From assembly GCF_964355755.1 (NCBI RefSeq), contig NC_092675.1, positions 11,589,812 through 11,653,811 on the forward strand: a stretch of 64,000 nucleotides of DNA, read 5' to 3'. Shown here one piece after another: positions 1 to 13,458 of the stretch. The position numbers and the translations under genes are program-made. This DNA comes from Antedon mediterranea. Its lineage: Eukaryota > Animalia > Echinodermata. The notes beneath the pieces are model-generated. The model was not told the DNA's origin. It ran no database searches and saw nothing but the letters and a program-made list of their open reading frames with translations. Within the stretch, counting starts at the first letter, position 1; the number at the start of each line of letters is the position of its first letter.

Positions 1-2536
1 GAAATTGATGCCACACGTGATTTAAATTTTTAGGCATGATGACGTCAAAAAAATTAAAATATTTTTAACTCATGCGAAAGATAGTTGATTGACCTAGACA
101 ATATCAAAATCGGGGTGAAAATGGAAAACGGATAAGTGGAGATGCGCTCTATTCAATGTGATGAGCTATGACGAAAGATACAAAAATCCTAAATTTTATA
201 TTCGCGTGGCCATACGATGACATCACAATGTCCGGTTAGCCATATTAATACCTGATCCGATATCTACAACTCATCTACTTCTAGAATATGTCATCCACAA
301 AAATTTGACCGTCTAGTTTAGAAATTACGACTGTTTAAAAAAAGGCATATTTTAAACGAATTTTTTAACCTTTTCATAAAAAACGCGCGCAAATTGTCCA
401 ATTCGACATGCTCTTATGACGTATCTTTAAGTCGAAATTGTTTAAAATTTGGTAAAATTACTAGAAAAGGCTGGAAAAACATAAATCACGCGAAAAAAAT
501 ACGTTTTCAATGCTACGTGCGCACCGCACACGTAAAAATGTGCGCATGCGTGGGAATTTTTGACATGCTTAAAACAACATGAAACGCGTAGAAAGTTGAT
601 CAGAAATTAATTTTGCGCATTTTGAAATTTTAAATGCGCGTGCTAGCGTAACTTTGTGTAAAACACGGAATTTTTTTTCAACAGAAAGTTAGCGCATGAT
701 ATAAATTAAACTTTTGCAAAGTTTCAAGTTGAAATGTTATTTGGTTGTCGAGCTATGTTAAATACGACAAAATCGTTAAATCGCGCGTAAATCACGTTGC
801 GCAATTGTAAACGTCATGAAAAGCTTCGCTTGACGACGTTACGTAAATGTCAATATGTTAAGATAGTTACCGAAATGTTATGTTTGCGAGTTTCAGAGAA
901 AAGCGTTACACAAAAATCATACAGAATGATTTCGTACAATCACAAGAGGTTATCCTGCAACTTCGTTGCGGATAACCAATAACAATAACAACTAGAATTT
1001 AATTCGTCACTTTGACGAATTATAGGTGATCATTTTCATAATTTTATTGACATTAATATTTTTTAAACATGCACGTATGTTAACATACAATCGGAAAATG
1101 TTGATGTATGCCACCCTATTATACGCTATAGGGCTGAATTGTGCCTATTATATGCCATATACATTATGTACAGTATATACTGTATATCTATATACAGTGT
1201 AGCATTGGTGAAATTAAGGACACACAACATGTTCTAATTTTTTGGCACTGATGACATTATCAAAATAAAGTTGTGGATAACAATATCGAAAGATAATGAA
1301 TTGAGCAATAAAATATAACAATTGGAAGAAAATGTGGCACGTAGAAGTGCGGTGCGCGCTCTTTAAAATGTATATAACTTTGACGAAAGAGATGAAAAAA
1401 TTGCTTTTTAACTTCAACTGGCCATATGATAACGTCACAAGATTCGTTAGGCTTAATTTTTATATAAATTTATATCTAAATTTAACCAGCTCTCATAATA
1501 AGTTATAATCATCAAGGTCAACTTTAATTCAGAAGAGCTGTAAGGTATTCAAATATACGTTGTAGGTGAAATTACGTAACCACCGTTATTCAAATTTTAA
1601 GATGTGATGACATCATCAAAATGAAAATTTTGGCAACTCATGAGTAACATAATTGGTTGAGGTAGAATATATTAGAAATTAAAAGAAAATCGATCACAGA
1701 TAAGCGAGTTGCGCTCTGTTGAATATGGTGGTCTATGACAAAAAGGGAAAAAACCTTGTTATAAAAATTCATGTGGCCAAATGATGACGTCTTACCATTT
1801 TGTACGTCTAATGTGTATATACATTTATATCTACAACTCATTGGCTTCCATAATAAGTTAAAAAAATTGGGGGTCACCTTCCATTCTGAAGAGTTATATT
1901 TATTTTTAAAAGGCCTTATTTTTTACCATTTTTAGCACTTTTGTACAATTAATGTGCGCATTTTGTCATTTTTAACGTGCTCGTATAGCACTATTTTAAG
2001 TCGAAATGGACTCAAATTTGGAGAATGTACTATGGAAGATGAGTAGAATGCAATTTGTACAAAAAAATGTTAATTTTTATGCTTTATATGTACGCACGCG
2101 CAAAAACGTGTTTTTGCGCAGTAATTTTTAAAACACGCAAATGGCCTAATTCATGCTCTAAATTGATCAAAACGTAATTTTGAGCATTTTAAATTTTTAA
2201 CGCGCGATTTCAGGAGCATGACCCTACGTGCAGGTGCGTTTTTATTTGCTAATATTTTTACTCTTGACCTGAAGTTTACGTGTAGTGAATTTCATTAATT
2301 TGTGATAATTAAATATGGAGATATGATTGATAATGTTTTTTTACAAAATTGCGTATAAATGACGTCACGGGTGAGTGATCACGCTGAAAAGCTTATTAGG
2401 ACTAAGTTAAAGTATTTGAAAGACATTGTGAAGTTTTGGTAATCATTGACATTAAATTTTTTGAGATATTTGTTACACAAAATCTGTACAGAAAGAAATT
2501 GCGAAGAAATATTTTTTTTTACAAAAACAATTTCTC

Positions 2537-4118
2537 ACTAGAATTTAATTCGTCACTTTGACGAATTATAGGTGATCATTTTTATCATTTTAATGAAATT
2601 AATTTTTTTTAAACATGTACGTACGTTAACATACGATAGGAAAATGTTGATGTATGCCATCCTATTATACGCTTTTAGTGCTGAGTTATGCCTATTATAT
2701 GCCATATACAATGTACAGTATATACTGTATATCTATATACAGTGTAGCATAGGTGAAATTATGGGACACACATCAAGTTCTAATTTTTTGGTATGATGCA
2801 ATTATCAAAATAAACTCGAAGATGACAATTTCGAAAGATAATGAATTGAGCAAATAAATATAAGGATTGGAAGAGAATTTGACACGCAGAAGCGCAATGC
2901 GCGCTCTTTGAAATTTGTATAACTTCGACTAAAGAAATTTAAAAACTACTTTTTAACTTCAACTGGCCATATGATAACATCACAACATCCGATAGGCCTA
3001 ATTTTTATATGAATTCATATCTACATTTCATCAGCTTTCATAATAAATTATAATCTTCAAGGTCACCTTTAATTCTGAGGAGCTATAAGATATTCAAATG
3101 TATGGTGTAGCTGAAATTACATGACCTAGGTTATTCAAGTTTTTACGCGTGATGCCGTCATCAAAATAAAAATGTTGACAACTTATGAGAAAGATAATTA
3201 ATTGAGCAAGCACATACTAAAATGTGTGCGAAAATCGGGGTCAAATAACGGAGATGTGCTCTATTGAATGTGATAACCCACACAAAAAGATAATAATTAC
3301 TAATTTTTAAATTCAAGTGGCCATTTGATGACGTCATACCATTTTGTACGTCTAATATGTATATATATTTATATCTACAACTTATTGGCTTCCATAATAA
3401 GTTAAAACAATTGGGGGTCACCTGCCATTCTGAAGAGTTATATTCATTTTAAAAAGGCCTTATTTTTTACCATTTTTAGCACTTTTGTACAATTAATGTG
3501 CGGATTTTGTCATTTTTAACGTGCTCGTATAGCGTTATTTTAAGTCGGAATGGACTCAAAGTCGGAGAATGTACTAAGGATTGTGAGTAGAATATGATGT
3601 ATACATCAAATTTTATTTTTTACCTTTTTTAAAAATCGCGTGCGCAAAAATGTGTTTTTGCGCAGTAATTTTTTTAAACACGCAAATGGCCTATTTCATG
3701 CTCTAAATTGATAAAAACTAAATTTTGAGCTTTTTAAAATTTCAACGCGCGATTTCACGCGCATGACCTTGAAACACCCGAGTTTTTATTTGCTAATATT
3801 TTTTACCTTGACCTCAAGTTTACGTGTAGTGATTTTCATTAATATGTGATAATGAATTATGGAGATATGATTGATAATGTGATTTCACAAAATGGCGTAT
3901 ACGTGACGTCACGGATGAGTGATCACGCTGAAAAGCTTATTAGGACTAAGTTAACGTATTTGAAAGACATTGTGAAATTTTGGTAATCATTAACATTAAA
4001 CTTTTTGAGATATTTGTTACACAAAATCTGTACAGAGAGAAATAAATAATAAGAATAAGAAGAATAAAGATTTCATACAATAACAATAGGTGATCATTTT
4101 ATTCTAAATGATCACCTA
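2537..4118 (-). mobile_element. Complete subfamily-A element (body, microsatellite and cap); near-identical twin at 13652-15233
   Basis: Starts actagaatttaattcgtcactttgacgaattataggtgatc and ends taggtgatcattttattctaaatgatcaccta. The spurious 74-aa and 86-aa ORFs are identical in both copies. Confidence 0.8.
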
Positions 4119-7100
4119 ACTAGAATTTAATTCGTCACTTTGACGAATTATAGGTGATCATTTTTATCATTTTAATGAAATTAATTTTTTTTTAAACATG
4201 TACGTACGTTAACATACGATAGGAAAATGTTGATGTATGCCATCCTATTATACGCTTATATTGCTGAGTTATGCCTATTATATGCCATATACAATGTACA
4301 GTATATACTGTATATCTATATACAGTGTAGCATAGGTGAAATTATGGGACACACATCAAGTTCAAATTTTTTGGTATAATGGAATTATCAAAATAAACTC
4401 GAAGATAACAATTTCGAAAGATAATGAATTGAGCAAATAAATATAAGGATTGGAAGAGAATTTGACACGTAGAAGCGCAATGCGCGCTCTTTGAAATTTG
4501 TATAACTTCGACTAAAGAAATTTAAAAACTACTTTTTAACTTCAACTGGCCATATGACAACATCACAACATCCGATAGGCTTAATTTTTATATGAATTCA
4601 TATCTACATTTCATCAGCTTTCATAATAAATTATAATCTTCAAGGTCACCTTTAATTCTGAGGAGCTATAAGATATTCAAATGTATGGTGTAGCTGAAAT
4701 TACACGACCTAGGTTATTCAAGTTTTTACGCGTGATGACGTCATCAAAATAAAAATGTTGACAACTTATGAGAAAGATAATTAATTGAGCAAGCACATAC
4801 TAAAATGTGTGCAAAAATTGGGCTCAAATAACGGAGATGCGCTCTATTGAATGTGATAACCCACACAAAAAGATAATAATTACTAATTTTTAAATTCAAG
4901 TGGCCATTTGATGACGTCATACCATTTTGTACGTCTAATATGTATATATATTTATATCTACAACTTATTGGCTTCCATAATAAGTTAAAAAATTTGGGGG
5001 TCACCTGCCATTCTGAAGAGTTATATTCATTTTAAAAAGGCCTTATTTTTTTACCATTTTAGCACTTTTGTACAATTAATGTGCGAATTTTGTCATTTTT
5101 AACGTGCTCGTATAGCGTTATTTTAAGTCGGAATGGACTCAAAGTCGGAGAATGTACTAAGGATTGTGAGTAGAATATGATGTATACATCAAATTTTATT
5201 TTTTACCCTTTTTAAAAATCGCGTGCGCAAAAATGTGTTTTTGCGCAGTAATTTTTTTAAACACGCAAATGGCCTATTTCATGCTCTAAATTGATAAAAA
5301 CTAAATTTTGAGCTTTTTAAAATTTCAACGCGCGATTTCACGCGCATGACCTTGAAACGCCCGAGTTTTTATTTGCTAATATTTTTTACCTTGACCTCAA
5401 GTTTACGTGTAGTGATTTTCATTAATATGTGATAATTAATTATGGAGATATGATTGATAATGTGATTTCACAAAATGGCGTATACGTGACGTCACGGATG
5501 AGTGATCACGCTGAAAAGCTTATTAGGACTAAGTTAACGCATTTGAAAGACATTGTGAAATTTTGGTAATCATTAACATTAAACTTTTTGAGATATTTGT
5601 TACACAAAATCTGTACCGAGAGAAATAAATAACAAGAGGTTATCCTGCAACTTCGTTGCGGATAACCAATAAGAATAAGAACTAGAATTTAATTCGTCAC
5701 TTTGACGAATTATAGGTGATCATTTTTATCGCTTTACTGACATAATATTTTTTTAAACATGCACGTACGTTAACATACAATAGGAAAATGTTGATGTATA
5801 CCATCCTGATATACGCTTATAGTGCTGAGTTGTGCCTATTATGTGTCATATACAATATGTACAGTATATACTGTATATCTATATACAGTGTAGCATAGGT
5901 GAAATTACGGGACCCACATCATGTTCAAATTTTTTGGTATGATGGAATTATCAAAATAAACTCGAAGATGACAATTTCGAAAGATAATGAATTGAGAAAA
6001 TAAATATAAGGATTGGAAGATAATTTGACACGTAGAAGCGCAATGCGCGCTCTTTGAAATTTGTATAACTTTGACTAAAGAAATTTAAAAACAACGTTTT
6101 AACTTCAACTGGCCATATGATAACATCACAACATCCGATAGGCTTAATTTTTATATGAATTCATATCTACATTTATTCAGCTTTTATAATAAATTATAAT
6201 CTTCAAGGTCACCTTTAATTCTGAAGAGCTATAACATATTCAAATGTATGGTGTAGCTGAAATTACACGACCTTGGTTATTAAAGTTTTTACACATGATG
6301 ACATCATCAAAATAAAAATATTGACAACTCTTGAGAAAGATAATTAATTGAGTAAGCACATACTAAAATTTCGGCGAAAATCGGGCTCAAATAACGGAGA
6401 TGCGCTCTATTGAATGTGATAACCCACACAAAAAGATAAAAATTACTAATTTTTAAATTGAAGTGGCCATTTGATGACGTCATACCATTTTGTACGTCTA
6501 ATGTGTACATGAATATGTATCTACAACCCAATGGCTTCCCGAATAAGTTAAAAAAATTGGGGGTCACCTGCCATTCTGAAGAATTATATTCATTTTAAAA
6601 AGGCCTTATTTTTCACCATTTTCAGCACTTTGATGCAATTAATTTGCGCATTTTGTTATTTTTAACCTGCTCGTATAGCGTTATTTTAAGTCGGAACTTA
6701 CTCAAATTTGGTGAATGTACTAAGGATGGTGAGTAGAATGCGATTTGTATAAAAAAATTGCAATTTTTACGCTTTGTAAGTATCGTGCGCGTAAAATATT
6801 TTTTTTGCGCAATAATTTTTTGAAACACGCAAATGGCCTAATTCATGCTCTAAATTGATTAAAACGTAATTTTGAGCTTTTTAAATTTTTAATGCGCGAT
6901 TCCACGCGCTTAACCCTACGTGCGCGCGCGTTTTTATTTGCTAATATTTTTACCCTTGACCTGAAGTTTATGTGTAGTGAATTTCATAAATATGTGATAA
7001 TGAATTATGGATATATGATTGATAATGTGATTTCACAAAATGGCGTATACGTGACGTCACGGATGAGTGATCACGCTGAAAAGCTTATTATGGCTAAGTT

Positions 7101-7194
7101 AAAGTATTTGAAAGACATTGTGAAATTATTGTGATCATTGCTATTCAACTTTTTGAGATATTTGATGAACAAAAAGTGTACAGAAAGAAGAATA

Positions 7195-8812
7195 ACTAGA
7201 CATGTAACTCGTCACTTTGACGAGTTTGGTTATCCGCCGCGCCGCGCAAGTGGTGCAACATTAACATTAAGGGGATAGGTTGAGGACAAAAGGAAGTGTT
7301 CACGTTGGCATTATGACCTGAACTGAAGAATATGATATGTTGTTATTGCTGAATTTTATTATTTAAATTCATATATAGTATATACACAGTATAATCTGTA
7401 TCTATATCACATACAGTGTAGAATAGGTGAAATTACGGGACCCGCTATTTATTGCAATTTTTAACATGTTGACGGTTTTAAAATGAAACGCGAAGGTAGC
7501 AATTCCGAAAGGAAATTATCTCAGCAACAACGTATATAGCGTGTAGAAGAAATTTGAATACGTGAAATATTGATGCGCGCTCTTTTAAATGTAATGAATT
7601 ATGACGCAAAAGATGAAAATACGACCTTTTTTATTTAACTGGCCATATGATGACGTCACAACATCCGATTGGCAACATTTTTACATAATTTCGTATCTAG
7701 AATCCAATAGCTTCCAGAAAAAATTTTAATCGTGATTATCACATTTTATTCTTACGAGCTATAACAGATTAAAATTTACAGTAAAGATGAAATTGATGCC
7801 ACATGTGATTTCAATTTTTAGGCATGATGACGTCATAAAAATTAAAATATTTTTCACTCATGCGAAAGATAGTTGATTGACCTAGACAATATCAAAATCG
7901 GGGTGAAAATGGAAAACGGATAAGTGGAGATGCGCTCTATTCAATGTGATGACCTATGACGAAAGATACAAAAATCCTAAAATTTATATTCGCGTGGCCA
8001 TACGATGACGTCACAATGTCCGGTTAGCCATATTAATACCTGATCCGATATCTACAACTCATCTACTTCCAGAATATGCCATCCACAAAAAGTTGACCGT
8101 CTAGTTTAGAAATTACGACTGTTTAAAAAAAGGCATATTTTAAACGAATTTTTTAACCTTTTCATAAAAAACGCGCGCAAATTGTCCAATTCGACGTGCT
8201 CGTATGACGTATCTTTAAGTCGAAATTGTTAAAAATTTGGTAAAATTACATGAAAAGGCTGGAAAAACATAAATCACGCGAAAAAAATACGTTTTCAATG
8301 CTACGTGCGCACCGCACACGTAAAAATGTGCGCACGCGTGGGAATTTTTGACATGCTTAAAACGACATGAAACGCGTAGAAAGTTGATTATAAATTAATT
8401 TTGCGCATTTTGAAATTTTAAATGCGCGTGCGCGCGTAACTTTGTGTAAAAAACGCAATTTTTTTTCAACAGAAAGTTAGCGCATGATATAAATTAAACT
8501 TTTGCAAAGTTTCAAGTTGAAATGTTATTTGGTTTTCGACATATGTTAAATACGAGAAAATCGTTAAATCGCGCGTACGTCACGTTGCGCAATTGTAAAC
8601 ATCATGAAAAGCTTCGCTTGACGACGTTACATAAATGTCAAAATGTTAACATAGTTAACAAAATGTTATGTTTGCAAGTTTCAGAGAAAAGCGTTACACA
8701 AAAATCATACAGAAAGAAAGAAGAAGAATAAAAAGTTGATGATGATGATGATGATGATGATTTCGTACAATCACAAGAGGTTATCCTGCAACTTCGTTGC
8801 GGATAACCAATA
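7195..8812 (-). mobile_element. Complete subfamily-C element (homologous to the partial copy at 1-980)
   Basis: actagacatgtaactcgtcactttgacgagtttggttatccgc ... (GAT)n ... ggttatcctgcaacttcgttgcggataacc cap. Confidence 0.8.
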
Positions 8813-11800
8813 ACAACTAGAATTTAATTCGTCACTTTGACGAATTATAGGTGATCATTTTATCATTTTAATGAAATTAACATTTTTTAAACATGCACAT
8901 ACGTTAACATACGATCGTAAAATGTTGATGTACGCCATCCTATGACATGATGCATATACACTTATAGCGCTGAGTTGTACCTATTATGTGTCATATACAA
9001 TACGTACAGTATATACTGTATATCTATATACAGTGTAGCATAGGTGAAATTACGGGACCAACATCATGTTCTAATTTTTTGGTATGATGGAATTATCAAA
9101 ATAAACTCGAAGATGACAATTTCAAAAGATAATGAATTGAGCAAATAAATATAAGGATAGGAAGAGAATTTGAGACGTAGAAGCGCAATGCGCGGTCTTT
9201 GAAATTTGATTAACTACGACTAACGAAATTTAAAAACTACTTTTTAACTTCAACTGGCCATATGATAACATCACAACATCCGATAGGCTTAATTTTTATA
9301 TGAATTCATATCTACATTTCATCAGCTTTCATAATAAGTTATAATCTTCAAGGTTACCTTTAATTCTGAAGAGCTATAAGATATTCAAATGTATGGTGTA
9401 GCTGAAATTACACGACCTAGTTTATTTAAGTTTTTACGCGTGATGACGTCATCAAAATAAAAATTTTGACAACTCATGAGAAAGATAATTAATTGAGCAA
9501 GCACATACTAAAATTTCTGCGAAAATCGGGTTCAAATAACGGAGATGCGCTCTATTGAATGTGATAACCCACACAAAAAGATAAAAATTACTAATTTTTT
9601 AATTGAAGTGGCCATTTGATGACGTCATACCATTTTGTACGTCTAATGTGTATATACATTTATATCTAGAACTTATTGGCTTCCATATTAAGTTAAAAAA
9701 ATTAGGGGTCATCTTCCATTCTGAAAAGTTATATTCATTTTAAAAAGGCCCTACTCTTTACAATTTTTAGCACTTTTGTACAATTAATGTGCGCATTTTG
9801 TCATTTTGAACGTGCTCGTATAGCGTTATTTTAAGTCTGAATGGACTCAAATTTGGTGAATGTACTAAGAATGATGAGTAGAATGCAATTTGTTAAAAAA
9901 AATCGTATTTTTTTACGCTTTCTATGTACGCACGCGCAAAAACGTGTTTTTGCGCAGTAATTTTTTAAAACACGCAAATGGCCTAATTCATGCTCTAAAA
10001 TGATCAAAACTTAATTTGGAGCTTTTTAAATTTTTAACGTGCAATTTCACGTGCATGACCTTGAAACACGTAAGTTTTTATTTGTTAATATTTTTACCCT
10101 TCACCTGAAGTTTACGTATAGTGAATTTTATTGATATGTGATAATGAGTTATGGAGATATGATTGATAGTGTGATTTCACAAAATCGCGTATACGTGACG
10201 TCACGGTTGAGTGATCACGCTGAAAAGCTTATTATGGCTAAGTTAAAGTATTTGAAAGACATTGTGAAATTTTTGTGATCATTGTTATTCAACTTTTTGA
10301 GATAATTGCTAAACAAAAAGTGTACAGAAAGAAGAATAATAACAATAATAACTAGAATTTAATTCGTCACTTTGACGAATTATAGGTGATCATTTTTATC
10401 ATTTTAATGAAACTTTTTAAACATGCATGTACGTTAACATACGATCGTAAAAAGTTGATGTACGCCATCCTATGACATGATGCATACGCTTATAGTGCTG
10501 TGTTGTGCCTATTATATGCCATATACAATATGTACAGTATATACTGTATATCTATATACAGTGTAGCATAGGTGAAATTACGGGACACACATCATGTTCT
10601 AATTTTTTGGTATGATGGAATTATCAAAATAAACTCGAAGATGACAATTTCGAAAGATAATGAATTGAGCAAATAAATATAAGGATTGGAAGATAATTTG
10701 GCACGTAGAAGCGCAATGCGCGCTCTTTGAAATTTGTATAACTTTGACTAAAGAAATTTAAAAACAACGTTTTAACTTCAACTGGCCATATGATAACATC
10801 ACAACATCCGATAGGCTTAATTTTTGTATGAATTCATATCTACATTTATTCAGCTTTTATAATAAATTATAATATTCAAGGTCACCTTTAATTCTGAAGA
10901 GCTATAACTTATTCAAATGTATGGTGTAGCTGAAATTACACGACCTTGGTTATTAAAGTTTTTACACATGATGACGTCATCAAAATAAAAATGTTGACAA
11001 CACTTGAGAAAGATAATTAATTGAGCAAGCACATACTAAAATTTCGGCGAAAATCGGGCTCAAATAACGGAGATGCGCTCTATTGAATGTGATAACCCAC
11101 ACAAAAAGATAAAAATTACTAATTTTTAAATTGAAGTGGCCATTTGATGACGTCATACCATTTTGTACGTCTAATGTGCACATGAATATGTATCTAAAAC
11201 CCAATGGCTTTCCGAACAAGTTAAAAAAATTGGAGGTCACCTGCCATTCTGAAGAGTTATATTCATTTTAAAAAGGCCTTATTTTTCACCATTTTCAGCA
11301 CTTTGATGCAATTAATTTGCGCATTTTGTTATTTTTAACCTGCTCGTATAGCGTTATTTTAAGTCGGAACTGACTCAAATTTGGTGAATGTACTAAGGAT
11401 GGTGAGTAGAACGCGATTTGTATAAAAAAATTTCAATTTTTACGCTTTGTAAGTATCGCGCGCGCAAAATATTTTTTTTGCGCAGTAATTTTTTGAAACA
11501 CGCAATTGGCCTAATTCATGCTCTAAATTGATTAAAACGTAATTTTGAGCTTTTTAAATTTTTACTGCGCGATTCCACGCGCATGACCCTACGTGCGCTC
11601 GCGTTTTTACTTGCTAATATTTTTACCCTTGACCTGAAGTTTACGTGTAGTGAATTTCATAAATATGTGATAATGAATTATGGATATATGATTGATAATG
11701 TGATTTCACAAAATGGCGTATACGTGACGTCATGGGTGAGAGATCACGCTGAAAAGCTTATTATGGCTAAGTTAAAGTATTTGAAAGACATTGTGAAACT

Positions 11801-11873
11801 TTTGTGATCATTGCTATTCAACTTTTTGAGATATTTGACGAACAAAAAGTGTACAGAAAGAAGAATAACAATA

Positions 11874-13458
11874 ACTAGACATGAAACTCGTCACTTTGAC
11901 GAGTTAGTTATCCGCTCGACAAACGCCACGTGCACGTCATACGTTAGAATATTGCACACAGAAAAATATTAAGGCATTATGACCTGAACTGAAGAATATG
12001 ATATGTTGTTATTTCTGAATTCTGTTATTTTGTGTCATATACATAGTATACACAGTACAATCTGTATACATATCACAAACAGTGTAAAATAGGTGAAATT
12101 ACGGGACCCGTATTCTATTGTAATTTTTAACATCTTGACGGTTTCAAAATGAAATGCAAAAGTAGAAATTTCAGAATGAAATTATCTCAGCAACAACATA
12201 TTAACGTGTAGAAGAAATTTGAATACGTGAAATATTGATGCGCGCTCTTTTAAATGTAATGAAATATAACGCAAAAGATGAAAATACGACTTTTTGTATT
12301 TAACTGACCATATGATGACGTCACAACATTCGATTGGCACAATTTTTACATGATTTTGCATCTACAATACAATAGCTTCCTGAAAACGTTTTAATCGTGA
12401 TTATCACATTTTATTCTTACGAGCTATAACAGATTAAAATTTACTGTAAAGATGAAATTAATGACCAACGTAATTTAAATTTTTAGGCATGATGACGTGG
12501 AAAAAATTAAAAAATTTTTAATTCATGCAAAAGATAGTTGATTGACCTAGAATATATTAAAATCGGGGTGAAAATGGACAACGAATAAGTGGAGATGCGC
12601 TCTATTAAATGTGATGAGCTATGACGAAAGAGACAAAAATCCTATATTTTATATTCGCGTGGCCATACGATGACCTCACAATGTCCGGTTAGCCATATTA
12701 ATGCATGATTCGATATCTACAACTCATCAACTTCCAGAATATGTAATTAAAAAAAAGTTCTCCATGTAGTTTAGAATCTATGACTGTTTAAAAATAGGCA
12801 TAATTTTGACGAATTTTTGAACTTTTTCACCAGAAACGCGTGCAAATTATTTAATTCGACGTGCTCGTATGACGTAATTTTAAGTCGAAATTGTTTAAAA
12901 GTTGGTAACATTACTATAAAAGGCTGAAAAAACATAAATCACGCGAAAAAAATATGTTTTTAACGCTACGTGTGCACCGCGTGCGTAAAAAGTTTCGCGC
13001 GCGTGGGAATTTTTGACATGCTCAAAATGACATGAAACGCATAGAAAGTTGATTAGAAGTTGATTTTTCGCACTCTGAAATTTTAAACGCGCGTGCACGC
13101 GTAACTTTTTGTGAAAGATGCTATTTTTAATCCATAGAAAGTTTGCGCTTGATGTGACTTAAATTTTCACAAAGTGTCAAAACAAAATTATGTTTGGTTT
13201 TTAGTCTATGATCAATCATTGAAATTCATAAAATCGCGCGTAAGTCACGTTGCGCAACTCTGACGTCATTCAAAAATAGGAGGTGCACAAGTTCACGTAA
13301 ATTTCGATATGTTGACAAAGTTACGATATGTTCTGTTTACAAGTTTTAGAGAAACACGACGCACAAAAATGACAGAAAGAAAGAAGTATAATACAGGAAA
13401 AAAATTTGATGAAACAGGACGATTACAAGGAGTTATCCGCTACTAAGCGGATAACTAA
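11874..13458 (-). mobile_element. Complete subfamily-B element
   Basis: actagacatgaaactcgtcactttgacgagttagttatccgc ... agttatccgctactaagcggataact cap. Confidence 0.8.
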
